A stretch of DNA of 31,310 nucleotides from Thermoplasmata archaeon (GCA_020348445.1 CP070751.1:3591750-3623059); one strand, 5' to 3'; counted from the first letter of the stretch, positions 6,244-16,414 are shown. The notes: generated from the letters alone by a model not told the origin. Made by a program: numbers and translations.

Positions 6244-7071
6244 ATGGTCAACTTGCTAGAAATTATTGATACTTCGGATGCAAACGAAATCTCGGCTTTT
6301 TTGACAACAACCTTTATCTCGCATTCATATGAAGTTGAATCCACACAATCCATAGTCAAATTATGGGATAATATCCGAAAAACTGTCAAGTTAAAGGATG
6401 AACTGGACTACATCTCAGCCGGCCTTGCCGTGGGTAGAATCATGGATTACAGGTTTGAAATTGAAGATATTGATATCATCAATTCTGTGATAAATGATAT
6501 TCATACCAATATAAAGATACGGAAAATAGAATCCGAAGATCTGCAAAGGGAGCTGATTTTTGCACTCCTCACCTCGGCCAGCATTTCCAGAAGCGAGAAG
6601 GTGGAAACCCTGCGGGATATCGTTGATCTCTGGATGGAGGTCAAGGAGGGAATTGAAATAAAGGACGAGCAGGATTTAATAGCAGCGATACTGACAACAG
6701 GCAGAATTATGGAGCTGAAAGTAAGGGCAGGAGGTCTGGAGTTTATCAATGATATCTTCATGAACATGAAAAAGGAACTTGAGCAAAAGGCCTCTGATAT
6801 GGCCATAACAAAAAAGGAGATTGCCGCAGCCTTTATTGCATCAGCGTACGTCGAAATCAGCAAGAAGGTGGAGAAGATAAGGGATATTGTGGATTCATGG
6901 CTTTCGATCTGCAGCCAAATTTCGGTTGAGGACCAGTGGGATTACATCACAATTATCCTGTCCACAGGCAAAATCAGGGATATGGATGCCATGCACATCA
7001 TGGATGCAGAGAGCCTGAAGAACACGCATGACAAGATCAGGACGCAAATCAAGAATGTGGCTGTGGAATGA
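6244..7071 (+). CDS. Hypothetical alpha-helical protein made of three 89-aa repeats
   Basis: W41/W130/W219 and G(R/K)I at 64/153/242 recur at an exact 89-aa period. No signal peptide. Confidence 0.8.
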   Translation: MVNLLEIIDTSDANEISAFLTTTFISHSYEVESTQSIVKLWDNIRKTVKLKDELDYISAGLAVGRIMDYRFEIEDIDIINSVINDIHTNIKIRKIESEDLQRELIFALLTSASISRSEKVETLRDIVDLWMEVKEGIEIKDEQDLIAAILTTGRIMELKVRAGGLEFINDIFMNMKKELEQKASDMAITKKEIAAAFIASAYVEISKKVEKIRDIVDSWLSICSQISVEDQWDYITIILSTGKIRDMDAMHIMDAESLKNTHDKIRTQIKNVAVE

Positions 7072-7187
7072 AATTTTCGGCAGGAAGAAATGCATTGAAG
7101 GTGAAGGTCATAGCCAAACCTCGGTTCTTCCATTCTTTTTAAATTCCTTTTTGTATTTCCATTATTCAAATAATTGATATATCGTTC

Positions 7188-10100
7188 TTACGAATTGTAT
7201 ATATCTACGATTGTGAAGCCTCCATTAACCGCAATTTTGGGCCCAGATATATCATAATACGAACTCAGAAACGTGGTATCATCGACACCATTTTTGTCCA
7301 GATCGAACCATAACCTGCTGGAATATTTTTCAAAGAATGTTTCCCAACAGGACTGTCCTGTCTCGTCTTTGTGTTCTGTTGTTTTCATCCAAAAAGGCTT
7401 AATCCAGTCGTTATAGAGTCTTGGCGTCGACATCGAGGAATAAAATAATTGATTACTCATAAATGTCTTTGGAGCCAATCCGATAGGATAATCCTTCTCA
7501 TCTGCATCCTGGTACTCATCATACAAGTGCATTATATAATGCCCGCATTCATGAATTAACGTTTTATACCATTCTGCCTGGTCAGGTTTATAATGGATAA
7601 ATGAGACACCGTAAGGATTGTAGGTTTGAGGCATGGTGATCTCACCCCCCGTGTCAAAGCCTCCTACTGAGGCTTGGGGCCAATGAGATTGACTATTCTT
7701 ATAAGCTATTCCCTTATGTACTTGAACATCTGCATTATCCCAATTATTCTTGTTATCATGTATAAGGATGTATCTGAAATAGAGATGTCCGTCAGTTACA
7801 TCATAGAGAAAGTTTGATGCCTTTCTAAATCCTTTAGCGAGTTTGTTCATATAACTTTCTGAAGCATCCCAATTTAAAGATGCCATAAGATTTATCTCAA
7901 AGAATAATGGATCTGTACCAAGCCGATGTTCCTGAATGTTGGTAAGATGGTCGCCATCAGGGTCGTTCAGAGCGTCAGAGGGATCCAATCTGTTAAATCC
8001 GTATCTGACTTCGAACCAATCCCCCATACCATCCCCGTCGGAATCACCATTCGTGAACTTTGGATCGGTACCAAGACTGTGCACTTCCTTCCAATATGCT
8101 AATACATCGTCATCATACTCATTTTGTCGTATATCGAACCATATGTCACAATCTATACCCTCGGCGGTAGACTTATGGCTCCCGTCCTCGGTTCCGCTGG
8201 CATGACCGTAACCATTTCTGTCGCCTATGGAATCTTCGCCACTCCACATTCCCGTCCTTACATCATAATTCAAATTCACACCTTTCCCCCACCGGCTGAT
8301 ATCTGCCGTGTCGTCCGGGTTAGGCCAAGGGTCATCATCAAAGAGCTCGATTACTATATCCACGTTCTTTTTATAATCTGGGACGTCCCTAGTTACCACA
8401 TAGTTGGGATATCCATGACCCATACCACCATAGGTTTTGCTTTTATATTCTGCCCCATTAATAGAGACTTTGATGTAGAAATCGCCACTATTACGGACCC
8501 CAGCGGGCCAATAATCGGCACGGTCTATTTCTAATATTTCCTTGACATATACCGTTATCTTCAAGTCCACCAACGGATCGTAGTCGCTACTATCTTTTAC
8601 ACCATCATCATCTGTATCAGAGTCCTTTGGATTTGTTCTGTATTTATTGACCTCATCACCATCTCCTAGTCTGTCATCATCGGTGTCATCATCAAGGGGA
8701 TTTGTTTTATAGGTCATAACCTCGTCGCCATCCCATAATCCGTCCCCATCGGTATCTGGATCATAAGGATCTGTTGTACCACGTACGTCAATGCGCATGT
8801 AATTGTTTGATCCCATCATCCATTTGAGGAGTTCGAAAGTCAATGAAGCAGAGGCGGGATTGATGACTTTTGCAGTTGAGAGGGAAATATACACCCTTGA
8901 TCCTCCATTGGTAAGCCTCCATGTGTTAGCAGTGGCAAAGTCATTCTTGTTAAACCCGAGCGAAAAGAGATCTACGGTTCCATAGGCTAAATCATAGGCC
9001 ATAATTTTTTTCCATTTAATATGGCTGGATGGTATTTGATATTGTATTCTATTGTTTTTTAAATATAGTGGTTTTCCCCTGGAATATTTTGTGGTTGTCC
9101 CTTTAGAATATTCAAATTTGGAGTCGTAATGCGTGTTTGTCTCGTACCAATTCGATAATCCGTCCACATCAGAATCCACAAGCCCGCTGTCTCCAATGCC
9201 AAAAACAGAGAACTTTGATACCTTGGCCCATACGAAGTCATTTGCCGTATCCACATCTGTTTCCTCTGTTATTTTCCATTGATTATCTGCTGAAGACCAG
9301 TAATATATCCCCAATCTTCCTTCATTTACGTTACTTGGGAGAAGAAGTTCATTGTATTTCATTCTGATTTGGGCGGTAAACGGCGTTGGAGCCGTTGACT
9401 CTATCCTGACGTAGATATTGATACCTCCTGCCAAGGGAGCAGGGGGTGTTGCATGTGACAGCTGCGGCTTGATACTTGTTGTCCCCCCGTACATCACAAC
9501 ACTGACGCCATACCCAATATCGTTTCTCACTGAAATGGCATCCCAATACAGAAGGGAGCCGTCCGTGTCATCATAAATTGTGGGGTGGGGATCGATTCCA
9601 TCCATTATCCATTCACCATCGCTGTCCCAATCACAGGGATTGATCAAACCGTCTTCATCGATATCAGAAAGCCCTAAGAATGTGTACTCATGCCAGTCAT
9701 CCAATCCATCATAATCTGTATCATATGCCAGTGGATCGGTGCCGAAATCGACTTCCTCCCAATAATCTAGAAGATTGTCGGAGTCCGTATCCCAAAGAAG
9801 AGGATCTGTTCCTAGTTTCGTTTCATCCTCATCTGTCAGCATGTCGCCATCAGAATCCAAAATGACATGGATTAATATCTGTATAGTTCCAGTTGAACTA
9901 AGATGAGGATCGTAAACCCTCAATGATATGCTGAAGGTACCTGTATGTGAAAAATCCTTTGATATCGTCTGCGCGTACTTGTAAACTCCTCCTCCCAGAT
10001 ACCATTTGTAGACAAGAGAAGATTGATCTGAGTAAGTATCAAAGCCCCTTGCCTCAAACTCAAGAGTAACAGCAGGTCCGTATAATTCTAATTGCGTTGC

Positions 10101-12704
10101 ACCTACCAAGGCCACTGGATCCACATTCACGACAATTATTTCAGTGTAAGAATCGTCTGAATCCAAATCATCGTCTGTTACAGTCAATTTAACCTGGTAT
10201 TCGCCTGGATAGGTGTACGAATGCGTGGGATTTCTCCCATATCCCACTGCACTGTCGCCGAAAGCCCATACATATGTCAAAAGCGGCTCATCTGAGGGGG
10301 TGTCCACTGCTGTGGCTGTAAACTGAATAAGCTCGTCCTCATCTGCATCTTGCTTTGCCACGATATCAAGATCCAAGGGTGCAGGATTTCTAACTGTTAC
10401 AGTTAATATATCTGTGCTTATTGCCCCGTTGTTGTCCTGTACAGTCAATGTCACCTCATAAATCCCGTACATTGTATAAACATGGCTTGAGGATATTCCA
10501 TATCCCTTGCTTCCGTCGCCATAATCCCATGCATAGGAAAGGAGAGGAATATCAGAAAGAGTATCGGTGCTCATAGAGGCATCAAAGTTCACTAGTTCAT
10601 CTTCATCTGATCCCATGTTACCTCCGCATTCTGCAACTGGATCGACATTTGTTACTGTAACGAATATGAAGTCCTTGGCTGAAGCCCCGAGAGAATCTGT
10701 CACAGTCAGCGTCACAAGATAAATGCCCTCATCAGAATATGAATGCATGATAATTCCACCTGACTGAGAAGATCCATCATCTAAATTCCAATTATAAATG
10801 AGGCCATCATTAAGAAGGTCTGTTCCCGAGCCTGAGAACTGGAAAACCTCATCCTCCATGGTTGAGATTATATCGACATCAGCATAAGCCCTTGGTGCTA
10901 GGTTATCTATTGTAACAGTATCTGGTTTGTTATTCAAATCAAGTGAATAAATGCCGAGGCCACCGTCATCATCGAGACCATTGAGTTTTATTGAGTATAT
11001 CCCAGGAAGAATATACACATGCACCACTGAATCTGTCACCTTGGTTGGATAAGAGCCTGAAGTTGCATATGTGTGCTCAACAATTGATGAGCCGTCGGCA
11101 AAGTCCCAGCCAAATGTGACTGTGTCCATACCGGGATCATATAATTCAGCATCAAAGCTCACCTTTACTATACTGCTTAGATCTATGTTCCATGTCCATT
11201 CATGGGGCTTGTTGTAGTTGAAGACCCTGTGGAATCTGAATTCCCTCCCGTCTTCAAGATACAGAATGAGCCAGCAAGGGGAAGCGCCGTAGACCTGGCC
11301 ATTTACTGGATCGTTCTCAGGAGTGTACACTATCTCAGCACTGTAACTTGTAAAACGGTCAATTTCGATACCATAGATAAAATCCATTTGATCATTGGGG
11401 CTTCCCGGACTTCGGTACAGGTAAATATCCCCTATCTCAGTATCTTCCTCGTAGAGGTTGAGAGTAACATCGTGCCACTTCTCCCCTGCTATTCTCAGAC
11501 CAAAATCCACTATTGTGTAATCATATACAGCCCAATCAAATATGCTGGGCATTGGATCCACATTGTTAACTGTTATATCCTGAGAATCTGATTTGAGTGA
11601 ACTATCATCATCTTCAACATCCAAGGTTGTGGTAGGGCTCCCGTCATCCCAATAAGTATGTTGCGAATACCAGCCAATGTCATCGGAGGTGCCATCTGTC
11701 TCATAATCCCAAGAGTAATCCAGTAATGGATCGTCTGAGTCTGTGTCATAAGAGCCGCTTGCGTCAAAGAACAAAGAGGACCCTTCATCGATATGGTACT
11801 GTCCTGCAACTGCAGAAGGGTCTGCATTTTCCACATTGACTGTGATTTCATCCTGGGTCTGTTCATCGTTATCGTCGGTCACAGTTAAAGTGGCTGTATA
11901 TATTCCCTGTTTTGTGTAGGTGTGTTCTGTTGAGATCCCATATCCCATGCTGCCATCTCCGAAATTCCAGGAATATTTCAGTGTGGGCATATCTGATGGT
12001 GTATCAGTGCTTGAAGAGGCGTCGAAAACGACAAGCTCATCCTCTATGACGGTTAGGTCATCATCCACCTCGCCGTCTGCAATTGCATCGGCAGTTGGCT
12101 CTACATTGTTGATCGTGACTACGATCATATCTTTATCATAGGCACCATCGTTATCAGTCACAGTGAGAACTGCATAATAGGTTCCTGCATCTTCATAAAC
12201 ATTGGACCCTGTGACTCCCGTTGTTCCTGTTCCGTCCCCATAATCCCACTCGTGAGAAACGATATCATTGTTAGCATCTGAAGAGGCAGAGCCATCGAAA
12301 TCCACGACTTCGTCCTCATCAACAACCAGATCAGAGCCTGCATCGGCAGTGGGTAGGTAGTTCTTTACTGTAATCTGAACTGTATCCAGATCAAAGTATC
12401 CGTTCTCATCCTTTACCATCAAACCGACCTCGTAAACGCCTTCCTTTGTGTAAGTGTGCACCGGATTGGGAAAGTCAACTGTGATTACGTTCCCGTCTCT
12501 CAGGTACCATGTGTACTCCAGATCACCTACACTTGAGGAGCCTGATCCATCAAAGTGCACCTCTGTATTGACGTCCACTTTCTGATCATATCCTGCGTCT
12601 GCGTCCGCAGTGGGCGTGCCGCCTGTTGCAGCCAAGGCAAAATACGAGCTCACGACAAGCAAAAATCCTATTATAATATTGACTAATTTACTTCTTTTTT
12701 TCAT
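7188..12704 (-). CDS. Large secreted PKD-domain protein with TSP3-like Ca-binding repeats and a C-terminal CLCA-like zinc metalloprotease domain
   Basis: Signal peptide; about 9 PKD/Ig units (W(D/N)(F/Y)GDG-type cores); DxDxDG(L)...E...TDP repeats; a C2-like segment (FYIKVSING...IELFDDD); HECGHYIMHLYDEY at 7512-7553. SD GGAGGG at 12713-12718. Confidence 0.85.
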   Translation of the reverse strand: MKKRSKLVNIIIGFLLVVSSYFALAATGGTPTADADAGYDQKVDVNTEVHFDGSGSSSVGDLEYTWYLRDGNVITVDFPNPVHTYTKEGVYEVGLMVKDENGYFDLDTVQITVKNYLPTADAGSDLVVDEDEVVDFDGSASSDANNDIVSHEWDYGDGTGTTGVTGSNVYEDAGTYYAVLTVTDNDGAYDKDMIVVTINNVEPTADAIADGEVDDDLTVIEDELVVFDASSSTDTPSDMPTLKYSWNFGDGSMGYGISTEHTYTKQGIYTATLTVTDDNDEQTQDEITVNVENADPSAVAGQYHIDEGSSLFFDASGSYDTDSDDPLLDYSWDYETDGTSDDIGWYSQHTYWDDGSPTTTLDVEDDDSSLKSDSQDITVNNVDPMPSIFDWAVYDYTIVDFGLRIAGEKWHDVTLNLYEEDTEIGDIYLYRSPGSPNDQMDFIYGIEIDRFTSYSAEIVYTPENDPVNGQVYGASPCWLILYLEDGREFRFHRVFNYNKPHEWTWNIDLSSIVKVSFDAELYDPGMDTVTFGWDFADGSSIVEHTYATSGSYPTKVTDSVVHVYILPGIYSIKLNGLDDDGGLGIYSLDLNNKPDTVTIDNLAPRAYADVDIISTMEDEVFQFSGSGTDLLNDGLIYNWNLDDGSSQSGGIIMHSYSDEGIYLVTLTVTDSLGASAKDFIFVTVTNVDPVAECGGNMGSDEDELVNFDASMSTDTLSDIPLLSYAWDYGDGSKGYGISSSHVYTMYGIYEVTLTVQDNNGAISTDILTVTVRNPAPLDLDIVAKQDADEDELIQFTATAVDTPSDEPLLTYVWAFGDSAVGYGRNPTHSYTYPGEYQVKLTVTDDDLDSDDSYTEIIVVNVDPVALVGATQLELYGPAVTLEFEARGFDTYSDQSSLVYKWYLGGGVYKYAQTISKDFSHTGTFSISLRVYDPHLSSTGTIQILIHVILDSDGDMLTDEDETKLGTDPLLWDTDSDNLLDYWEEVDFGTDPLAYDTDYDGLDDWHEYTFLGLSDIDEDGLINPCDWDSDGEWIMDGIDPHPTIYDDTDGSLLYWDAISVRNDIGYGVSVVMYGGTTSIKPQLSHATPPAPLAGGINIYVRIESTAPTPFTAQIRMKYNELLLPSNVNEGRLGIYYWSSADNQWKITEETDVDTANDFVWAKVSKFSVFGIGDSGLVDSDVDGLSNWYETNTHYDSKFEYSKGTTTKYSRGKPLYLKNNRIQYQIPSSHIKWKKIMAYDLAYGTVDLFSLGFNKNDFATANTWRLTNGGSRVYISLSTAKVINPASASLTFELLKWMMGSNNYMRIDVRGTTDPYDPDTDGDGLWDGDEVMTYKTNPLDDDTDDDRLGDGDEVNKYRTNPKDSDTDDDGVKDSSDYDPLVDLKITVYVKEILEIDRADYWPAGVRNSGDFYIKVSINGAEYKSKTYGGMGHGYPNYVVTRDVPDYKKNVDIVIELFDDDPWPNPDDTADISRWGKGVNLNYDVRTGMWSGEDSIGDRNGYGHASGTEDGSHKSTAEGIDCDIWFDIRQNEYDDDVLAYWKEVHSLGTDPKFTNGDSDGDGMGDWFEVRYGFNRLDPSDALNDPDGDHLTNIQEHRLGTDPLFFEINLMASLNWDASESYMNKLAKGFRKASNFLYDVTDGHLYFRYILIHDNKNNWDNADVQVHKGIAYKNSQSHWPQASVGGFDTGGEITMPQTYNPYGVSFIHYKPDQAEWYKTLIHECGHYIMHLYDEYQDADEKDYPIGLAPKTFMSNQLFYSSMSTPRLYNDWIKPFWMKTTEHKDETGQSCWETFFEKYSSRLWFDLDKNGVDDTTFLSSYYDISGPKIAVNGGFTIVDIYNS
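9870..12600 (-). repeat. Tandem PKD/Ig-like domain array (about 9 units) within the 1838-aa CDS
   Basis: Repeated 'P.A.AG.D..VDE.E.V.FD.S.S.D......Y.W.(F/Y)GDG......H.Y...G.Y...LTV.D' pattern. Boundaries are approximate. Confidence 0.8.
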
Positions 12705-12730
12705 TTTTCTCCCTCCAATTCCGAGATTAA

Positions 12731-12770
12731 ACCGAATTTGAATCGTTGTTACCGAATTTAAAACTTTCTT
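12731..12770 (-). promoter_or_regulatory. BRE/TATA promoter of the 1838-aa gene overlapped by a 12-bp direct repeat
   Basis: Minus strand CAAGAAAG-TTTAAAT (TATA 12756-12762). ACCGAATTTGAA 12731-12742 and ACCGAATTTAAA 12751-12762, period 20 bp. Confidence 0.55.
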
Positions 12771-12982
12771 GACTATTTCTTTTAATGTTCCGACGAAAAA
12801 GGCGATAATAAATCGATTATCGACATTACAATCACGATTTCCTGAAGAACCTGCCGAGTTCTGGAAAAAAAAGAAATAGATATTGGATGTCTTGCCATTT
12901 GTTCCAGGTTCAAAATATCAATTTTCGTGCCTCCGCGCTCTTTTTCATTTTCTAAGTTGTAATCACCCTATACAGAAAAAAA

Positions 12983-14218
12983 TCACAGAGCATCGAACCG
13001 ATGCAAAATCCCCTCGTCGTCGAAAACGTAGAGCTGGTTTTCAACAACCACAGGAACAGAGGTAACAGCGATTTCAAAATCTATCTTCTCTATTTCAACA
13101 CCAGTTTCTGCATCTAGTATGTACACATAACCGTCATTGGATCCGCATACAACTGTATTGTCCTTTTCCACCAATGTGGGTGACGACAATATCCTCTCAT
13201 TCGTCTTGAATTTCCAGTGCTCCTTTGCCCCCTTGGAACTTATACAGTAAATGTATTCATCGTGACTTCCAAAATAAACATGGGTTCCTTTTGAATTAAT
13301 GGATGGTGAGGACATGCTGTTTTTTTGTGTTGCAAACGAGAAGTATTCCTCTCCTGTAGAAAGGTCTAGTGCATGAAGTTTATCATCCCAGGAAGTTAGA
13401 TACAATATATCACCTGCTATGCATGGCGTGGATTTGACATCCCCGCCACAATCGAACTTCCACACCTCCTCCTTTAATTTTAAATCATAGCAGTATACAT
13501 AATCGTCGTTTGCACCAATGTAAGCGTATCCCAGATTGGGATCGATAGATGGTGTGGAATGCGCATGAGAGCCGAACTCTTTTGAGCGAAAGACCTCCAA
13601 GCCTGATTTAACATCGCAGCCCACTAGAAAACCACCTGGTTTTTTTATCTCGACTCCAATGTAGACGACACCATCGTAAAGACAAGGGGACGACCCTATG
13701 TAGTCCCCAAGATTGGATTCCCAGGCCAGGGTGCCGTTGTTCTTGTACAATGCGTACAGCCATCCATCATACGCTCCAATATACACCTTTTCATTGTCGA
13801 AAGCTGGGGCACCGTGTATACCGTTTTTTGAGTTTCTTGTCTGAAAGGACCAGGCTTCAGTTCCATTCTCACGCCAAAAAGCATAAAGAAGTCCTGTATC
13901 AGCCCCAATGAATATCAAATCTTTGTCCACGGCAGGGGATGACTTGGACGCAGTGTAGTATTCCTCATTTATGTCTATGGTGGACCATATTTTGGTAAGC
14001 GAACCATCCAAGGATGCATTTGGATGGGCCCGTCCGTCATGCTGTACTGTTAATCTATATTGTGGCCACAGATCATCTGGTAAATCCATGGTATGAGGCC
14101 TGGTCAATTTATCATCAGGCACGCGGTCACGCCAAAGCCACGCAAGGTAAAATGCAAGACAAACGAGCATGGCTGTGATTATGATGGTCAGGATGATGTA
14201 CAGGGTCCGGCGTTTCAT
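12983..14218 (-). CDS. Membrane-anchored PQQ-binding-like (BamB-like) beta-propeller protein
   Basis: N-terminal TM; 'WPQYRLTVQHDG' entry motif; about 8 repeats of SSP/STP...(V/I)Y(I/F)GxxDGx(L/V)YAL...G...W. Confidence 0.9.
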   Translation of the reverse strand: MKRRTLYIILTIIITAMLVCLAFYLAWLWRDRVPDDKLTRPHTMDLPDDLWPQYRLTVQHDGRAHPNASLDGSLTKIWSTIDINEEYYTASKSSPAVDKDLIFIGADTGLLYAFWRENGTEAWSFQTRNSKNGIHGAPAFDNEKVYIGAYDGWLYALYKNNGTLAWESNLGDYIGSSPCLYDGVVYIGVEIKKPGGFLVGCDVKSGLEVFRSKEFGSHAHSTPSIDPNLGYAYIGANDDYVYCYDLKLKEEVWKFDCGGDVKSTPCIAGDILYLTSWDDKLHALDLSTGEEYFSFATQKNSMSSPSINSKGTHVYFGSHDEYIYCISSKGAKEHWKFKTNERILSSPTLVEKDNTVVCGSNDGYVYILDAETGVEIEKIDFEIAVTSVPVVVENQLYVFDDEGILHRFDAL

Positions 14219-14470
14219 TGAAGGTGCATGGGTGGATGATATTAATGTATTTTTTGAAGTATGAAAATTTCAGGTATATAAACTTTCAATTTTCAGCAAA
14301 TGAATCTGTCTTTGCACCTGATAATGGCCCCAAGAGACCATCAGATAACAGATTAGGGAAATACCAAAGAAGCTGAAATTATAAATAGAGCCAATACAAT
14401 TAGAGTACTGCACAAAAGGGCTTACAATTTGATATATTTAATCAGAATCGGCGATTGGGGAGTTCAGTTC

Positions 14471-16246
14471 ATGAGAACTATTTCAGCGATAATAACTGCT
14501 TTGATGTTGGTTTTAGTATCGATCTTAATTCCGCCCCAGGGACAATCCATCGAGGAGATCTCGATTATTGAAAATACGTACAGAAGATTGGACTTCTTCG
14601 TAAAAGATATCGAGGGCGGCGAAGGTGAGGGTTTCGAGCCACATATCATTGCCGGGCCCGGAATCGATGGCAACGAATGGTATTACATAGATTCACCCAC
14701 AGGTCTTGGGGGAGGCCAAAGCGGCAACTTCTGGATTTCAAAGGATGGTGGAGAATCATGGGAGGCGCACCCGTATGGAAGAAATGCTGGGGGCTCAGGG
14801 GATTCATACACAGTCATAGCCAAGGACGGGACCATATACTATACTGACCTGTACCTCTGGAGCTCCACAATAGACACCTCCAAGGACGGCGGTGAGACAT
14901 GGATTCGCAATCCCCTGGCAACGGTAACCAGGGTGGGGGACAGACAATGGCTGCGTATGGGGCCCACCATAAATCCGCTTCCTGGTATGCAGGCCGAGAC
15001 AGTGTACCTGATATACAACGACATTCCCCAGGGATTGGTAATCCAGCGCTCGAGCTGGACCTCCCAGGGCCTGGTATGGGTAATGGGCAACAATCGCATG
15101 CCTGTCTCAACATCTGCGGGATCAAGGGATTATTTTGCAGTGGATCCACATGATGGTACCATTTATCTTCCAAACAAGGAGAGTGGAAACGATATCATCT
15201 GTTACGTCTCAACCGATGGTGCAAATTCCTTTTCAAGACACCCTGTTATGTCAGCAGATGAGGACATACAGAACATCTTCATAGCTGCAGATGTTGATGA
15301 GGCAGGCAACGTGTATTTTGCATGGTCCAGCCAGTGGCATATATACCTTGGTGTATCCACAGACCAAGGCGCGAACTGGAAGGTCACGCAGGTAACAGAT
15401 ACCAATGGAACAAGGGTTCTTCCCTGGGTTGTTGCAGGTGATCCGGGAAGGGCTGCCCTGACCTGGTATGATACCCCCGACGAGGAGGGAACCTCGGATG
15501 AAAAGGCCGATCATGTCAACTGGAGCGTGCAGGCTGCCATTACCACGGACGCGCTTTCCGACAACATCTCGTTCATCATCACACCTATTTTGGACTATGT
15601 TCATTCTGGAAGCATAAGCACTGGAGGACTTGGTGGAGAGGCTGACAGGGATCTGGGGGACTTCTTCACAAACGACGTCGATGAGAAAGGGCGCCTTATC
15701 ATCACTTTTGGAATGGACGGCGCAGACGGCCTAAATCAAAGGGGCTCTGCCGTCATGTTCGCAAAACAGCTTGAGGGACCATTTCTTCTGGAGAATGTGG
15801 GGCCTGTGGCGCTCTTTGACAACACAACAAGGGGACTTACCGTGGAAGTGGATGGTTCAAGATCCTATGATCAGGGCGGTGGAGGGATAGTGGAGTACCT
15901 GTGGGATTGGGGAGATGGCTCAAATGGAACTGGTATGGAAGCCTCTCATACATACAACGAGAGCGGGAAATACGAGATCAGATTGAAGGTGATAAACAAG
16001 GAAGACATGAGGGATTCAACATCTGAGGTCATTTCTGTTAAGGGGGAAAAATTAGGGTATGATTACACTTGGCTTCTATTGATTGTTGCTGTTATAATCG
16101 CCCTTGTAATTATCGTGTTCGTTTACACAAAAAGCTCACGCAAGAAAGTTGTTGAGGTGGAGACAGTAGCAGAGAGCCCGGTTTTGGAGGAGGTTATGGA
16201 GGTGAATGTCCAGGAACCCGAAATGGACGAGGGTGATTTGGGCTGA
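14471..16246 (+). CDS. Secreted Asp-box/BNR (sialidase-like) beta-propeller with PKD domain and C-terminal TM anchor
   Basis: Start placed at ATG 14471 (GGGGAG upstream, signal peptide MRTISAII...). Asp-boxes SKDGGESW, SKDGGETW, STDGANSF, STDQGANW; PKD WDWGDG; TM WLLLIVAVIIALVIIVFVY followed by a basic patch and an acidic tail. Confidence 0.8.
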   Translation: MRTISAIITALMLVLVSILIPPQGQSIEEISIIENTYRRLDFFVKDIEGGEGEGFEPHIIAGPGIDGNEWYYIDSPTGLGGGQSGNFWISKDGGESWEAHPYGRNAGGSGDSYTVIAKDGTIYYTDLYLWSSTIDTSKDGGETWIRNPLATVTRVGDRQWLRMGPTINPLPGMQAETVYLIYNDIPQGLVIQRSSWTSQGLVWVMGNNRMPVSTSAGSRDYFAVDPHDGTIYLPNKESGNDIICYVSTDGANSFSRHPVMSADEDIQNIFIAADVDEAGNVYFAWSSQWHIYLGVSTDQGANWKVTQVTDTNGTRVLPWVVAGDPGRAALTWYDTPDEEGTSDEKADHVNWSVQAAITTDALSDNISFIITPILDYVHSGSISTGGLGGEADRDLGDFFTNDVDEKGRLIITFGMDGADGLNQRGSAVMFAKQLEGPFLLENVGPVALFDNTTRGLTVEVDGSRSYDQGGGGIVEYLWDWGDGSNGTGMEASHTYNESGKYEIRLKVINKEDMRDSTSEVISVKGEKLGYDYTWLLLIVAVIIALVIIVFVYTKSSRKKVVEVETVAESPVLEEVMEVNVQEPEMDEGDLG

Positions 16247-16414
16247 TATGCTGATTTTGAATCCAGGTTATATAGCTCATAAATTACGTATATAAGTACA
16301 ATTTTATTTTTATTGAGATTTGATATTTTTAACGAAAATAATATCTTATAATCAGCATGATTGACCTTCACCCAACCCATTTCATAACAGAGGTGGGAAG
16401 GTGGAGGAATAGTA

